From positions 163,833 through 195,832 of the forward strand of contig NZ_MBEJ01000127.1 in assembly GCF_001953975.1 (NCBI RefSeq): a stretch of DNA of 32,000 nt, written 5' to 3'. The first letter of the stretch is position 1. Each line of letters starts with the position of its first letter. The notes beneath the pieces were generated by a model. That model was not told the DNA's origin and ran no database searches. It saw only the letters and a program-made list of their open reading frames with translations. The stretch is from Mycobacterium sp. NS-7484 (GTDB lineage: Bacteria; Actinomycetota; Actinomycetes; Mycobacteriales; Mycobacteriaceae). Shown here piece after piece: positions 10,387 through 18,134 of this stretch. Both the position numbers and the translations under genes were made by a program.

Positions 10387-10520
10387 GCCGGCACGCTAAC
10401 CGGCGTCGACCGTCCTCCGCAGGAAAATAAACAAATTCGTTGAAATGTTTCATTAATGCAGTCGGTCCGACCCGTCCGGCATACTGAAACCCCAGCACGC
10501 CGCCGAAGCAGGACAGCCAA

Positions 10521-11162
10521 TTGTCAGCACCAGAACGCCGCCGACGTGGGCGGCCGGTGGGCGGCGGCAATACCGCCGAGCAGGCTCGCGAGATGCTGAT
10601 GGACGCCGCCGAGCACCTGTTCGTCACCCGCGGCTACCGGGCCTCGACCATGGAGGTCATCGCCCACGAGGCCGGCTATTCCCGCGCCGCGATCTACCGT
10701 CAATTCGCCAACCGCGACGAGCTCATCGCGGCCATGGTGCAGCGCACCACCCAGCGGCACATGTCCTCGATCCTGCCCCGCCTACCCGAGGGGGCCGGGC
10801 CGATCGAGCTGTTGGTCGAGAGCCTGGTCATCGTCGCGACCGAGCTGGTCTCCGATCCGCTGCTCAACACGATGGCCGAGCAGACTGCCGACGGCACGAT
10901 CGCGTCGTTGATCGCCAAGGACTCGGACCTGACCGAGCTGGTGACCGCCACCATCGAGGCCATCTTCGCCGACGACGCCACCCGGTTCCGGCCCGGCGTG
11001 CACCCCAACGATCTGGCTCAGTTCATCATCGCGACGTCGTTGAGTTTCCTGGTGAAGGCCGTGCCGGTCGGCAACGATGCCGCCGTTGCGCGGCGCTACA
11101 TCGAGACGTTCGTCCTGCCGGCCATCGTGACGCAGCCGCCGCCGCCGCGCCGGGTGTTCTGA
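10521..11162 (+). CDS. TetR/AcrR family transcriptional regulator
   Basis: The N-terminal HTH region AREMLMDAAEHLFVTRGYRASTMEVIAHEAGYSRAAIYRQFANRDELI is typical of TetR_N. The start is TTG at 10521 and is uncertain. The gene is divergent from the hydrolase operon. Confidence 0.85.
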   Translation: MSAPERRRRGRPVGGGNTAEQAREMLMDAAEHLFVTRGYRASTMEVIAHEAGYSRAAIYRQFANRDELIAAMVQRTTQRHMSSILPRLPEGAGPIELLVESLVIVATELVSDPLLNTMAEQTADGTIASLIAKDSDLTELVTATIEAIFADDATRFRPGVHPNDLAQFIIATSLSFLVKAVPVGNDAAVARRYIETFVLPAIVTQPPPPRRVF

Positions 11163-11169
11163 GCGGCGC

Positions 11170-12426
11170 TCAGTTCAGCGCGCTGCCCTTGACCCACTGC
11201 GCCCAGGGCACCGACCAGTCGCCGTTGTTGGTCGGCTTGAGCGGGTCGCCGCCGGTGTTGCGGATCTCGACGATGTCGCCGGGCACCGAGAAGTTGTAGA
11301 ACCACTCGGCGTTCTCACCACTGAGGTTCAGGCAGCCGTGGCTCACGTTCTCTTTGCCCTGCGCCCAGATCGTCGAGTTGAGCTGGTGCAGATAGATGCC
11401 GTCGATGCTGATGCGGGTGGCCCACGGGATCGTGGTCTTGTAGCCGAGCCGGGAGTTCACCGGCAGCCCGTAGGTCGAGGAGTCCATGACCACCGGATTG
11501 GCCTTGTCCATCACGGTGTAGATGCCGCGCGGAGTCCAGAAGCTCATCGTGGTGCCACCGACGGTCTCGGTGCCGCCCATGCCCATCGAGGTCGGCATGG
11601 TGCGCACCAGCTTGCCGTTCTCGTAGACCCGCACCTGCTTGTCCTTGTCGTCGGCGACCGTCACGTGGGAGGCACCGATGGTGAACGACACCTTCTCGTC
11701 CTGCGCGCCGTAGAGGTCGTCACCGAGCTTGGCGCCGTAGATCGCGGCGTCGACGGTCACCTTGGTGCCCGGCGCGTAGTACCGCTCCGGGCGCCAGTGC
11801 GCGGTCTGGTCGTCGATCCAGTTCCACGAGCCGACGGCCTTCGGCTCGGTGATCACCTTCATCCGGCGTTCGGCGGCGGCCTTGTCGGTGACCGGCTCGT
11901 CGAAGCGGGCCACGATCACCATCCCGACGCCGTAGGTGGCGCCGTCCTGCAGCGGGGCGTACGACGTCCCGTTGAGGTAGACGCGGGCCTGGTAGCCCGG
12001 GGTGACGGTGGTGAAACTCGTGGTCTTGCGCGTCGGCATGCCGCCGGGGCCACGGCCCTCGATCGTCATCGTGTACGTGCGGCCGTAGCCGAGTTCCGTC
12101 GTCGGCTTCCAGGTCTTGGCGTCGGGGGTGAGGATGCCCGGGATCTCCTTGCCGGCGTCGTTGACCATCGTGACGCGGACGACGGTGCCGGTGTCGGCAG
12201 TGACCATGACGCGCGCCAGCGGGTCGACTTCGGCGTTCGGCTTGGGCGTGATGGTCAGCTTGGCCGGTTCGGTCGGTGAGGGTTGCGGGGCGCCCTGGGG
12301 CGCGGCCGCCAACGTCTGGCAGTGCTCGGCGCAGTCCGGCAGGGCCGAGACGACGACACCACCTGATACGGCCAGCACGGCAAGTGCAACCGCCAGGTAG
12401 GCACGACGAACAGACGTCAATGTCAC
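11170..12426 (-). CDS. L,D-transpeptidase (YkuD domain, LdtMt2-like)
   Basis: Catalytic motif SHGCLNLS, with an LdtMt2-like C-terminus ending ...GDWSVPWAQWVKGSALN. I place the start at GTG 12426 (or TTG 12420), preceded by GGAG, which gives an N-terminal anchor VTLTSVRRAYLAVALAVLAVSGG. The longer ORF reaching 12687 is Arg/Ser/Pro-rich and not protein-like. Confidence 0.85.
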   Translation of the reverse strand: MTLTSVRRAYLAVALAVLAVSGGVVVSALPDCAEHCQTLAAAPQGAPQPSPTEPAKLTITPKPNAEVDPLARVMVTADTGTVVRVTMVNDAGKEIPGILTPDAKTWKPTTELGYGRTYTMTIEGRGPGGMPTRKTTSFTTVTPGYQARVYLNGTSYAPLQDGATYGVGMVIVARFDEPVTDKAAAERRMKVITEPKAVGSWNWIDDQTAHWRPERYYAPGTKVTVDAAIYGAKLGDDLYGAQDEKVSFTIGASHVTVADDKDKQVRVYENGKLVRTMPTSMGMGGTETVGGTTMSFWTPRGIYTVMDKANPVVMDSSTYGLPVNSRLGYKTTIPWATRISIDGIYLHQLNSTIWAQGKENVSHGCLNLSGENAEWFYNFSVPGDIVEIRNTGGDPLKPTNNGDWSVPWAQWVKGSALN

Positions 12427-12596
12427 TCCAATGTGGTTCGGCGAGGGCCGGATTGAATCGGGTCGTGATCGAAAACCGATCGGTGACCCAATGGTAGCCG
12501 GACCGTCCGGGCATCGGTGCGACGCCTCGGGACTGTGGGCGAGTCGTGATGCGCGTGCGGCACGCCGGCGCCGGGAAGGAGACCGACAGGCGATCT

Positions 12597-12624
12597 GGAA
12601 ATGCAGTATCACTGGCGATACCAC
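12597..12624 (+). promoter_or_regulatory. Copy 1 of the conserved 27-28 nt dyad-containing motif (GGAAATGCAGTATCACTGGCGATACCAC)
   Basis: It matches copies 2 and 3 at 23/27 positions with a 1-nt gap. It lies in the ldt/prfC divergent spacer, 75 nt upstream of the prfC ATG and 171 nt upstream of the ldt start. Confidence 0.6.
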
Positions 12625-12698
12625 CCGGCGCGGATCACTGGCCGGGTCCCGCTCGATTACGGGTTTGTCCCCGCACGCCCATACCATCGCTAGTCGAG

Positions 12699-14309
12699 AT
12701 GACCGATAACGCCCTCGCCGCCACCCCGCACGCTGCCCGGATCGCCGCCGAGGCGGCCCGTCGCCGGACCTTCGCCGTCATCAGCCACCCGGATGCCGGT
12801 AAGTCCACGCTGACCGAGGCGCTGGCGCTGCATGCGCGGGTGATCAACGAGGCCGGCGCGATCCACGGCAAGGCGGGCCGCAAGTCGACGGTGTCGGACT
12901 GGATGGAGATGGAGAAGGCCCGCGGCATCTCGATCACCTCGACCGCGCTGCAGTTCCCGTACCGCGAGTGCGTCATCAACCTGCTCGACACCCCCGGCCA
13001 CGCCGACTTCTCCGAGGACACCTACCGGGTGCTGACGGCCGTGGACGCCGCGGTGATGCTCATCGACGCCGCCAAAGGCCTTGAACCGCAGACCCTAAAA
13101 CTGTTCCAGGTCTGTAAGCACCGCGGCATCCCCATCATCACGGTGATCAACAAGTGGGACCGCCCGGGCCGGCACGCCCTGGAGTTGATGGACGAGATCC
13201 ACGAGCGGATCGGGCTGCGCACCACTCCCCTGACCTGGCCGGTGGGTATCGCCGGAGATTTCAAGGGTGTGATGGACCGCCGGGAAAACAAGTTCATCCG
13301 GTTCACCCGCACCGCGGGCGGCGCCACTGCCGCCCCCGAGGAGCACATCGCCGCGGCCGACGCGCATGCCGCCGCCGGGGAGGACTGGGACACCGCGGTC
13401 GAGGAATCCGAACTGCTCTCGGCCGACGGGTCGGACTACGACCGCGCGACGTTCCTGTCCGGGGAATCCTCCCCGGTGCTGTTCACCTCCGCGGCGCTGA
13501 ACTTCGGGGTCAACCAGCTGCTCGATGTGCTCGTGGAGTTGGCGCCGGCCCCCAGCGGCTCGCTCGACGTCGACGGAAATCGCCGTGCGGTGGACTCCCC
13601 GTTCAGCGCGTTCGTGTTCAAGGTGCAGGCCGGCATGGACACCTCCCATCGGGATCGCATCGCCTACGCCCGGGTGGTCTCGGGCACGTTCGAGCGCGGC
13701 GACGTCCTCACCCATGCCGCCACCGGCAAGCCGTTCGTCACCAAGTACGCGCAGTCGGTGTTCGGCCAGCAGCGCTCGACGCTCGACGACGCCTGGCCCG
13801 GTGATGTGATCGGGTTGGCCAACGCCGCGGTGCTGCGCCCGGGTGACACCCTCTACCGCGACGTGCCGGTGGTGTACCCGCCGATCCCGAGCTTCTCCCC
13901 CGAACACTTCGCGGTCGCCCGGGGCACCGACCCCAGCAAGCACAAGCAGTTCCGCAAGGGCATCGAGCAGCTCGATCAGGAAGGTGTCGTGCAGGTGCTG
14001 CGCTCGGACAAGCGCGGTGACCAGGCGCCGGTGTTCGCCGCCGTCGGGCCGATGCAGTTCGAGGTGGCCGCCCACCGAATGGCCACCGAACTCAGTGCCC
14101 CGATCTCGCTGGAGAACCTGCCGTATCAGGTGGCCCGGATCGTCGAACCCGAGGACGCCGAGTTCGTCAACCGTCAGGTCTCGTGTGAAGTGCTGACCCG
14201 CACCGACGGGGTCATGCTCGTGGTGTTCTCCACGCCGTGGCGGCTCGAAGGGTTCCAGCGCGACAACCCCGACATCAAGCTGCGGTCGTTGGTGGCCGCG
14301 GAAGGTTAG
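12699..14309 (+). CDS. prfC: Peptide chain release factor 3 (RF3, translational GTPase)
   Basis: G-domain motifs AVISHPDAGKSTLTE, DTPGHADF and NKWD are present. RF3-like N-terminus MTDNALAATPHAARIAAEAARRRTFAVISHPDAGKST. I use the ATG at 12699 because the 51-codon upstream extension does not look like protein. Confidence 0.9.
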   Translation: MTDNALAATPHAARIAAEAARRRTFAVISHPDAGKSTLTEALALHARVINEAGAIHGKAGRKSTVSDWMEMEKARGISITSTALQFPYRECVINLLDTPGHADFSEDTYRVLTAVDAAVMLIDAAKGLEPQTLKLFQVCKHRGIPIITVINKWDRPGRHALELMDEIHERIGLRTTPLTWPVGIAGDFKGVMDRRENKFIRFTRTAGGATAAPEEHIAAADAHAAAGEDWDTAVEESELLSADGSDYDRATFLSGESSPVLFTSAALNFGVNQLLDVLVELAPAPSGSLDVDGNRRAVDSPFSAFVFKVQAGMDTSHRDRIAYARVVSGTFERGDVLTHAATGKPFVTKYAQSVFGQQRSTLDDAWPGDVIGLANAAVLRPGDTLYRDVPVVYPPIPSFSPEHFAVARGTDPSKHKQFRKGIEQLDQEGVVQVLRSDKRGDQAPVFAAVGPMQFEVAAHRMATELSAPISLENLPYQVARIVEPEDAEFVNRQVSCEVLTRTDGVMLVVFSTPWRLEGFQRDNPDIKLRSLVAAEG

Positions 14310-14332
14310 CCGGCCCTGACTCGACGATCGCA

Positions 14333-14350
14333 CCCCGATGTTTCTCGGGG
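14333..14350 (+). terminator. Candidate stem-loop terminator downstream of prfC
   Basis: CCCCGA-TGTTTC-TCGGGG forms a 6-bp GC-rich stem with a 6-nt loop, 24 nt after the prfC stop. There is no U-tract, which is common in mycobacteria. Confidence 0.35.
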
Positions 14351-14381
14351 CGAGACCAGCCTGACGATATCCTCACCGAAT

Positions 14382-15434
14382 ATGGCCGGCTCAAAACTTG
14401 AACAGCGCGTCGATCAGGCCGCCGAGATGGCCTTCGAAGCCCAGCGATATGTCAGTGCCATCGACGTCTTGCTGCGGTTGGGTTGGTTGACGCCGTCGCA
14501 CGTCGAACGATGGCGTCAAGGCAGCATCGACTCCTTGGACGACGCTATCCAGACCAACCCGACCAAGGTCGCCGCCGCGCTGGCGGCCCTGCAACGGTGG
14601 GCACAGGAGCGCAACCTCAAGCCCTCCGAGACCGACTACGTCAGCCAGACACGTGACCGCCGGGTGCTGCGATTCAGCGGCGACGGCGATGACGCGACCG
14701 AACGCATCTACCGAACACACTGGGTGTCACCGGATCTCGATGAGCGCGCAGTCAAGCGGCAGAGTAAACCACCCGAACTCCTGGCGATCATGCCGATCAA
14801 GGACTGGACTTGTACCTCCTGCGAGGGAACCGGTGATTACCTGTTCATGGAGGACGCGGGACCGGTGTGCCTGGACTGCGCGGACTTCGGGCATCTGGAG
14901 TTCCTGCCGGCCGGCGATGCCGCGCTGACGCGCCGCGCAAAGAAGGCGAGTGGACTGTCGGCGGTGGTGGTGCGGTGGAGCCGGTCGCGCAAACGCTATG
15001 AGCGCCAAGGAATCCTGGCCGAAGTGGAGGCGATCCAACGCGCCGAACAGGAGTGCCTGTCCGACGCCGACGCCCGCGCCCGCCGCCGGGAACGCGACGC
15101 AGTCCGCCGAGCCGACGAGGATCTGCGCTTCCAAGCCGAGTTGGCCGCCGCCATCCTCGTCCAGTTCCCGCACTGCCCGGCCGACCGAGCTGAGAGGATC
15201 GCCCGGCACGCGGCAATACGCGGCAGCGGACGCGTCGGGCGTAGTGCTGCCGGGCGGGCGCTCGATCCGGATGCCGTGCACCTGGCCGTCGCGGCATCGA
15301 TTCGTCACGAGGACACCGACTATGACGAGTTGCTGATGTCCGGTGTCGACCGACAATCGGCTCGGGATCGGGTGTACGACCGCATCGAGACGGTTCTCGA
15401 TTCCTGGCGCTCGGGATCCAGCCGGCACCAATAG
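14382..15434 (+). CDS. DUF2293-like protein with an internal CxxC...CxxC zinc-ribbon motif
   Basis: The C-terminal stretch FPHCPADRAERIARHAAIRGSGRVGRSAAGRALDPDAVHLAVAASIRHEDTDYDELLMSG matches my recollection of the DUF2293 family. Residues CTSCEGTGDYLFMEDAGPVCLDCAD form a four-Cys cluster. Confidence 0.65.
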   Translation: MAGSKLEQRVDQAAEMAFEAQRYVSAIDVLLRLGWLTPSHVERWRQGSIDSLDDAIQTNPTKVAAALAALQRWAQERNLKPSETDYVSQTRDRRVLRFSGDGDDATERIYRTHWVSPDLDERAVKRQSKPPELLAIMPIKDWTCTSCEGTGDYLFMEDAGPVCLDCADFGHLEFLPAGDAALTRRAKKASGLSAVVVRWSRSRKRYERQGILAEVEAIQRAEQECLSDADARARRRERDAVRRADEDLRFQAELAAAILVQFPHCPADRAERIARHAAIRGSGRVGRSAAGRALDPDAVHLAVAASIRHEDTDYDELLMSGVDRQSARDRVYDRIETVLDSWRSGSSRHQ

Positions 15435-15454
15435 CGCCACGTCGCGATGCAAAT

Positions 15455-15550
15455 GGGCCAGGCCGTCTCACTCAAGCTTCGATGGGTGTCCCGGGCAATC
15501 GGCTGGGCCTGTTTATACAGGTCATCCGGCAAGTCCACGGTGGTGCGCAT
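15455..15550 (-). pseudogene. 5' remnant of a VapB-type (MRTT...DDxL) antitoxin gene
   Basis: ATG at 15550 opens MRTTVDLPDDLYKQAQPIARDTHRSLSET. This resembles the N-terminus of mycobacterial VapB-family antitoxins (MRTTLxIDDDLxxxAxxxAxxxGxSxS...). After about 30 codons the frame becomes Trp/Cys/Arg-rich and runs antisense into the DUF2293 gene. No toxin gene follows. Confidence 0.3.
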
Positions 15551-15590
15551 AGTGCAAAGGAGCGGCCCGGGCCAGTTATAGGGTGGCCCC

Positions 15591-18134
15591 ATGGCGGACG
15601 CGTTCGACCCAGTGCAAGCAGTGGCGGAAATCCTGACCGAGCACGGGCCGCTCTCCGAAGACGACCTCATGCAGCGGCTGCGGGAACGTGGCCGGGTCAA
15701 CCTCGAATTCGACGATCTGCTCGACGAAATCGGTGATCCGATAGACCGATTGCTCGACGAGACCTGGGTGTGGCTACCCACGCTGCTGCACGGTCGGGTG
15801 TTCACCCACCGGCTCACCGCCGACGAGGCGGCCCACGATCTCTTGGCCACGACACCCGACCTCGACCCGGTGATCGCACTCAGCAGCGACGAGCAGTTCG
15901 GTGGATTCGTCGACGGCTCACCGGCCCAGATAGTTCTACGTTCGGTCGACGCCGAACTGCTCGAACAACGTCAGATCCCCCTTGAGGTGGTGGATCCGCG
16001 CGGGGCCCTGCTGCTGCCGTCGGGAACGCTGGCGACGTTGCAGGTTTCCGAGGGCGACCTGGTCGGGGTGCGGTGGACCGGACGAGGCCTGGCAGTGGAG
16101 CGCGTCGACGCCACCGGTCAGGCCGAGGTCGGCGCTCGGTTGGCGGCGCTGCTCGATGACCACCCGATCGACTTCGAGACCGCGGTGCAGACATTGTGCG
16201 CCGAGGATCCGCAGCTGTTCACCGAGGCTGTGCCGCCGCTGAGTCAGATCGCTGCCGATCACGGCCTGGCCCGCTTCGGTGCCCTGTTGGCGCCGCCGGG
16301 TTTTGATTTCCCCGCGTGGCAGTTCGAGCGAGGCTACGAGTTGTTCCGGGACCGTTACGAACTCGATCCCGGCGTCGACGCAGTGGCGGTCTATACGCTG
16401 ACCAAACTTCACGATCAATTGCGCAGGACGATCGAGACCGCGGGCGCCGAGGGCAGCACGCATACCATCGAAGAACTACTGGAAGATACCGAAGAATCGG
16501 CTGATTCCCGCTCGTTCCTCGCCATTGCCAGTGACTTTGGTGAGGTGCTCGCTGACCCGGAGCTCGCCGAGATTCTCGCGGACGCGGCAACCCACACCGG
16601 GCGCGCCGGCGCGGCCGCGTTGGGTCTGCTTGCCGAAGCGTTGGAGTCGAAACTGTCGCGGCCGGCCCGGGTGGGTTGCCGGTGGCTGCAGGCCGTCGCC
16701 TTGGAGCGCACAGGCGCCGTCGAGCAAGCCGAACAGCAGCTGCTGCAGGCCGAGTCGCTCGACACCACCTGGGAGCCAGTGCTGTTCAACCTGGCCCGGT
16801 TTGCTTCCGACCGTGGTGATGTCGAGCGGGCGTTGTCGCTGCTGCGACGCGCCGGTGCCGAGCCGGACGATCCGATGGTCCTCCTGTTGGAGCGGCATCG
16901 GGCGCAGCCGCGCAGTGATCTGGGCCGTAACGACGTGTGCTGGTGTGGCTCCGGCCGCAAGTACAAGAAGTGTCACCTGGGCCGGGAGCAGTTACCGCTG
17001 GCCGAGCGGGTCGATTGGTTGTACGCCAAGGCTGTCCAACATCTCATGTCGAGCGACTGGGATCTCCTATTGGAATCGGTCAGGTCGGAACGCGGATACT
17101 ACGCCGAGGACGACGACGAATTATTCGACGCGATAACCGATCCCCTCGTCATCGACGCCGTGTTGTTCGAGGGTGGCGCATTCGGCGAGTTCGTCGACCA
17201 GCGTGGGCCGCTGTTGCCCGACGACGAGCGGCTGCTGGCCGAGCAGTGGCTCTTGGTGCAGCGTTCGGTGTTCGAGGTCGAGCAGGTGCAGCGTGGGCGC
17301 GGTATCACCGTGCGCGACTTACGGACCGGTGACATCCACGACGTACAGGAGGCGGCCGGCAGCCGTCAGCTCAAAGCGGGTCAAATGATCTGTGCGCGTG
17401 TGGTTCCTGCGGGCGACACCATGCAGATCTTCGGTGGTATCGAGCCGGTGGCGCTGCACGAGCGTGCGTCACTGATCGAGCTGCTCGATACCGAACCCGA
17501 TGCGATCGAACTCGTCGCGTTTCTGACGCAACGGTTCGCTCCGCCGACACTGACCAACACCGAGGGCGATTCCCTCGTCGCGTGTGAGGCGACGCTGCGC
17601 GTCGCGGACCCGGCCGATCTTTCGGCGTCACTCGACACCACGTTTGACCGGGTCGCCGACGAAGATCCGCCCCGGTGGCTCGAGCGTGTCGTCACCCACG
17701 GCATGCCGCGGATTCGCGCCATGATTGACCTCGACGGCGACGCCCTGCACATCGCCACCAACAGTGAACAACGCATGGACCGCGTGCTGGCCACGCTGAA
17801 GCAACTGGCACCGACGTTGGTCATCGTCGAAGAGTCCCGGGTACCCATGGGCGATCTCCGCGAGGCATCCGCTGTGGCCCAAGCACTTTCGGCACGCGGT
17901 GCGCAGCTCGACCCGATGAGCCCGGAAGTCGCCGCGGTGCTCAACGAGGCCATCCTCGCCCACGAGGCACAGTGGCTCGACGAACCGATTCCGGCGCTCG
18001 ACGGCCACACCCCGCGCCAAGCCGCCGACGACCCGACTCGACGCGGCGACCTCATCAAACTGCTCGACTCGTTCCCGGCCGTGCCGGGCGGGATGGATGC
18101 CGACCGTCTGCGTAAGGCACTGGGTCTGGCGTAG
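15591..18134 (+). CDS. SEC-C motif-containing protein (847 aa), function unknown
   Basis: Contains the SEC-C metal-binding motif CWCGSGRKYKKCH, with a TPR-like helical region just upstream. Coding bias is strong throughout. Confidence 0.75.
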   Translation: MADAFDPVQAVAEILTEHGPLSEDDLMQRLRERGRVNLEFDDLLDEIGDPIDRLLDETWVWLPTLLHGRVFTHRLTADEAAHDLLATTPDLDPVIALSSDEQFGGFVDGSPAQIVLRSVDAELLEQRQIPLEVVDPRGALLLPSGTLATLQVSEGDLVGVRWTGRGLAVERVDATGQAEVGARLAALLDDHPIDFETAVQTLCAEDPQLFTEAVPPLSQIAADHGLARFGALLAPPGFDFPAWQFERGYELFRDRYELDPGVDAVAVYTLTKLHDQLRRTIETAGAEGSTHTIEELLEDTEESADSRSFLAIASDFGEVLADPELAEILADAATHTGRAGAAALGLLAEALESKLSRPARVGCRWLQAVALERTGAVEQAEQQLLQAESLDTTWEPVLFNLARFASDRGDVERALSLLRRAGAEPDDPMVLLLERHRAQPRSDLGRNDVCWCGSGRKYKKCHLGREQLPLAERVDWLYAKAVQHLMSSDWDLLLESVRSERGYYAEDDDELFDAITDPLVIDAVLFEGGAFGEFVDQRGPLLPDDERLLAEQWLLVQRSVFEVEQVQRGRGITVRDLRTGDIHDVQEAAGSRQLKAGQMICARVVPAGDTMQIFGGIEPVALHERASLIELLDTEPDAIELVAFLTQRFAPPTLTNTEGDSLVACEATLRVADPADLSASLDTTFDRVADEDPPRWLERVVTHGMPRIRAMIDLDGDALHIATNSEQRMDRVLATLKQLAPTLVIVEESRVPMGDLREASAVAQALSARGAQLDPMSPEVAAVLNEAILAHEAQWLDEPIPALDGHTPRQAADDPTRRGDLIKLLDSFPAVPGGMDADRLRKALGLA

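Noticed and set aside
12427-12698. N-terminal extensions of the ldt ORF (to 12687) and the prfC ORF (from 12546), plus the 92-aa ORF 12431-12709.
   Set aside because: The extensions overlap each other across the divergent spacer and are Arg/Ser/Pro-rich. The conserved protein N-termini begin at 12426/12420 and 12699. The spacer instead holds the conserved motif.
13095-14333. A 412-aa minus-strand ORF antisense to prfC.
   Set aside because: It has no recognisable motifs and lies fully inside a confidently identified GTPase gene; a high-GC artefact.
15551-15850. The upstream part of the 176-aa minus-strand ORF 15320-15850.
   Set aside because: It is Ser/Arg-rich and antisense to the SEC-C gene. 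Only the stretch starting at ATG 15550 resembles a real protein (an antitoxin N-terminus).
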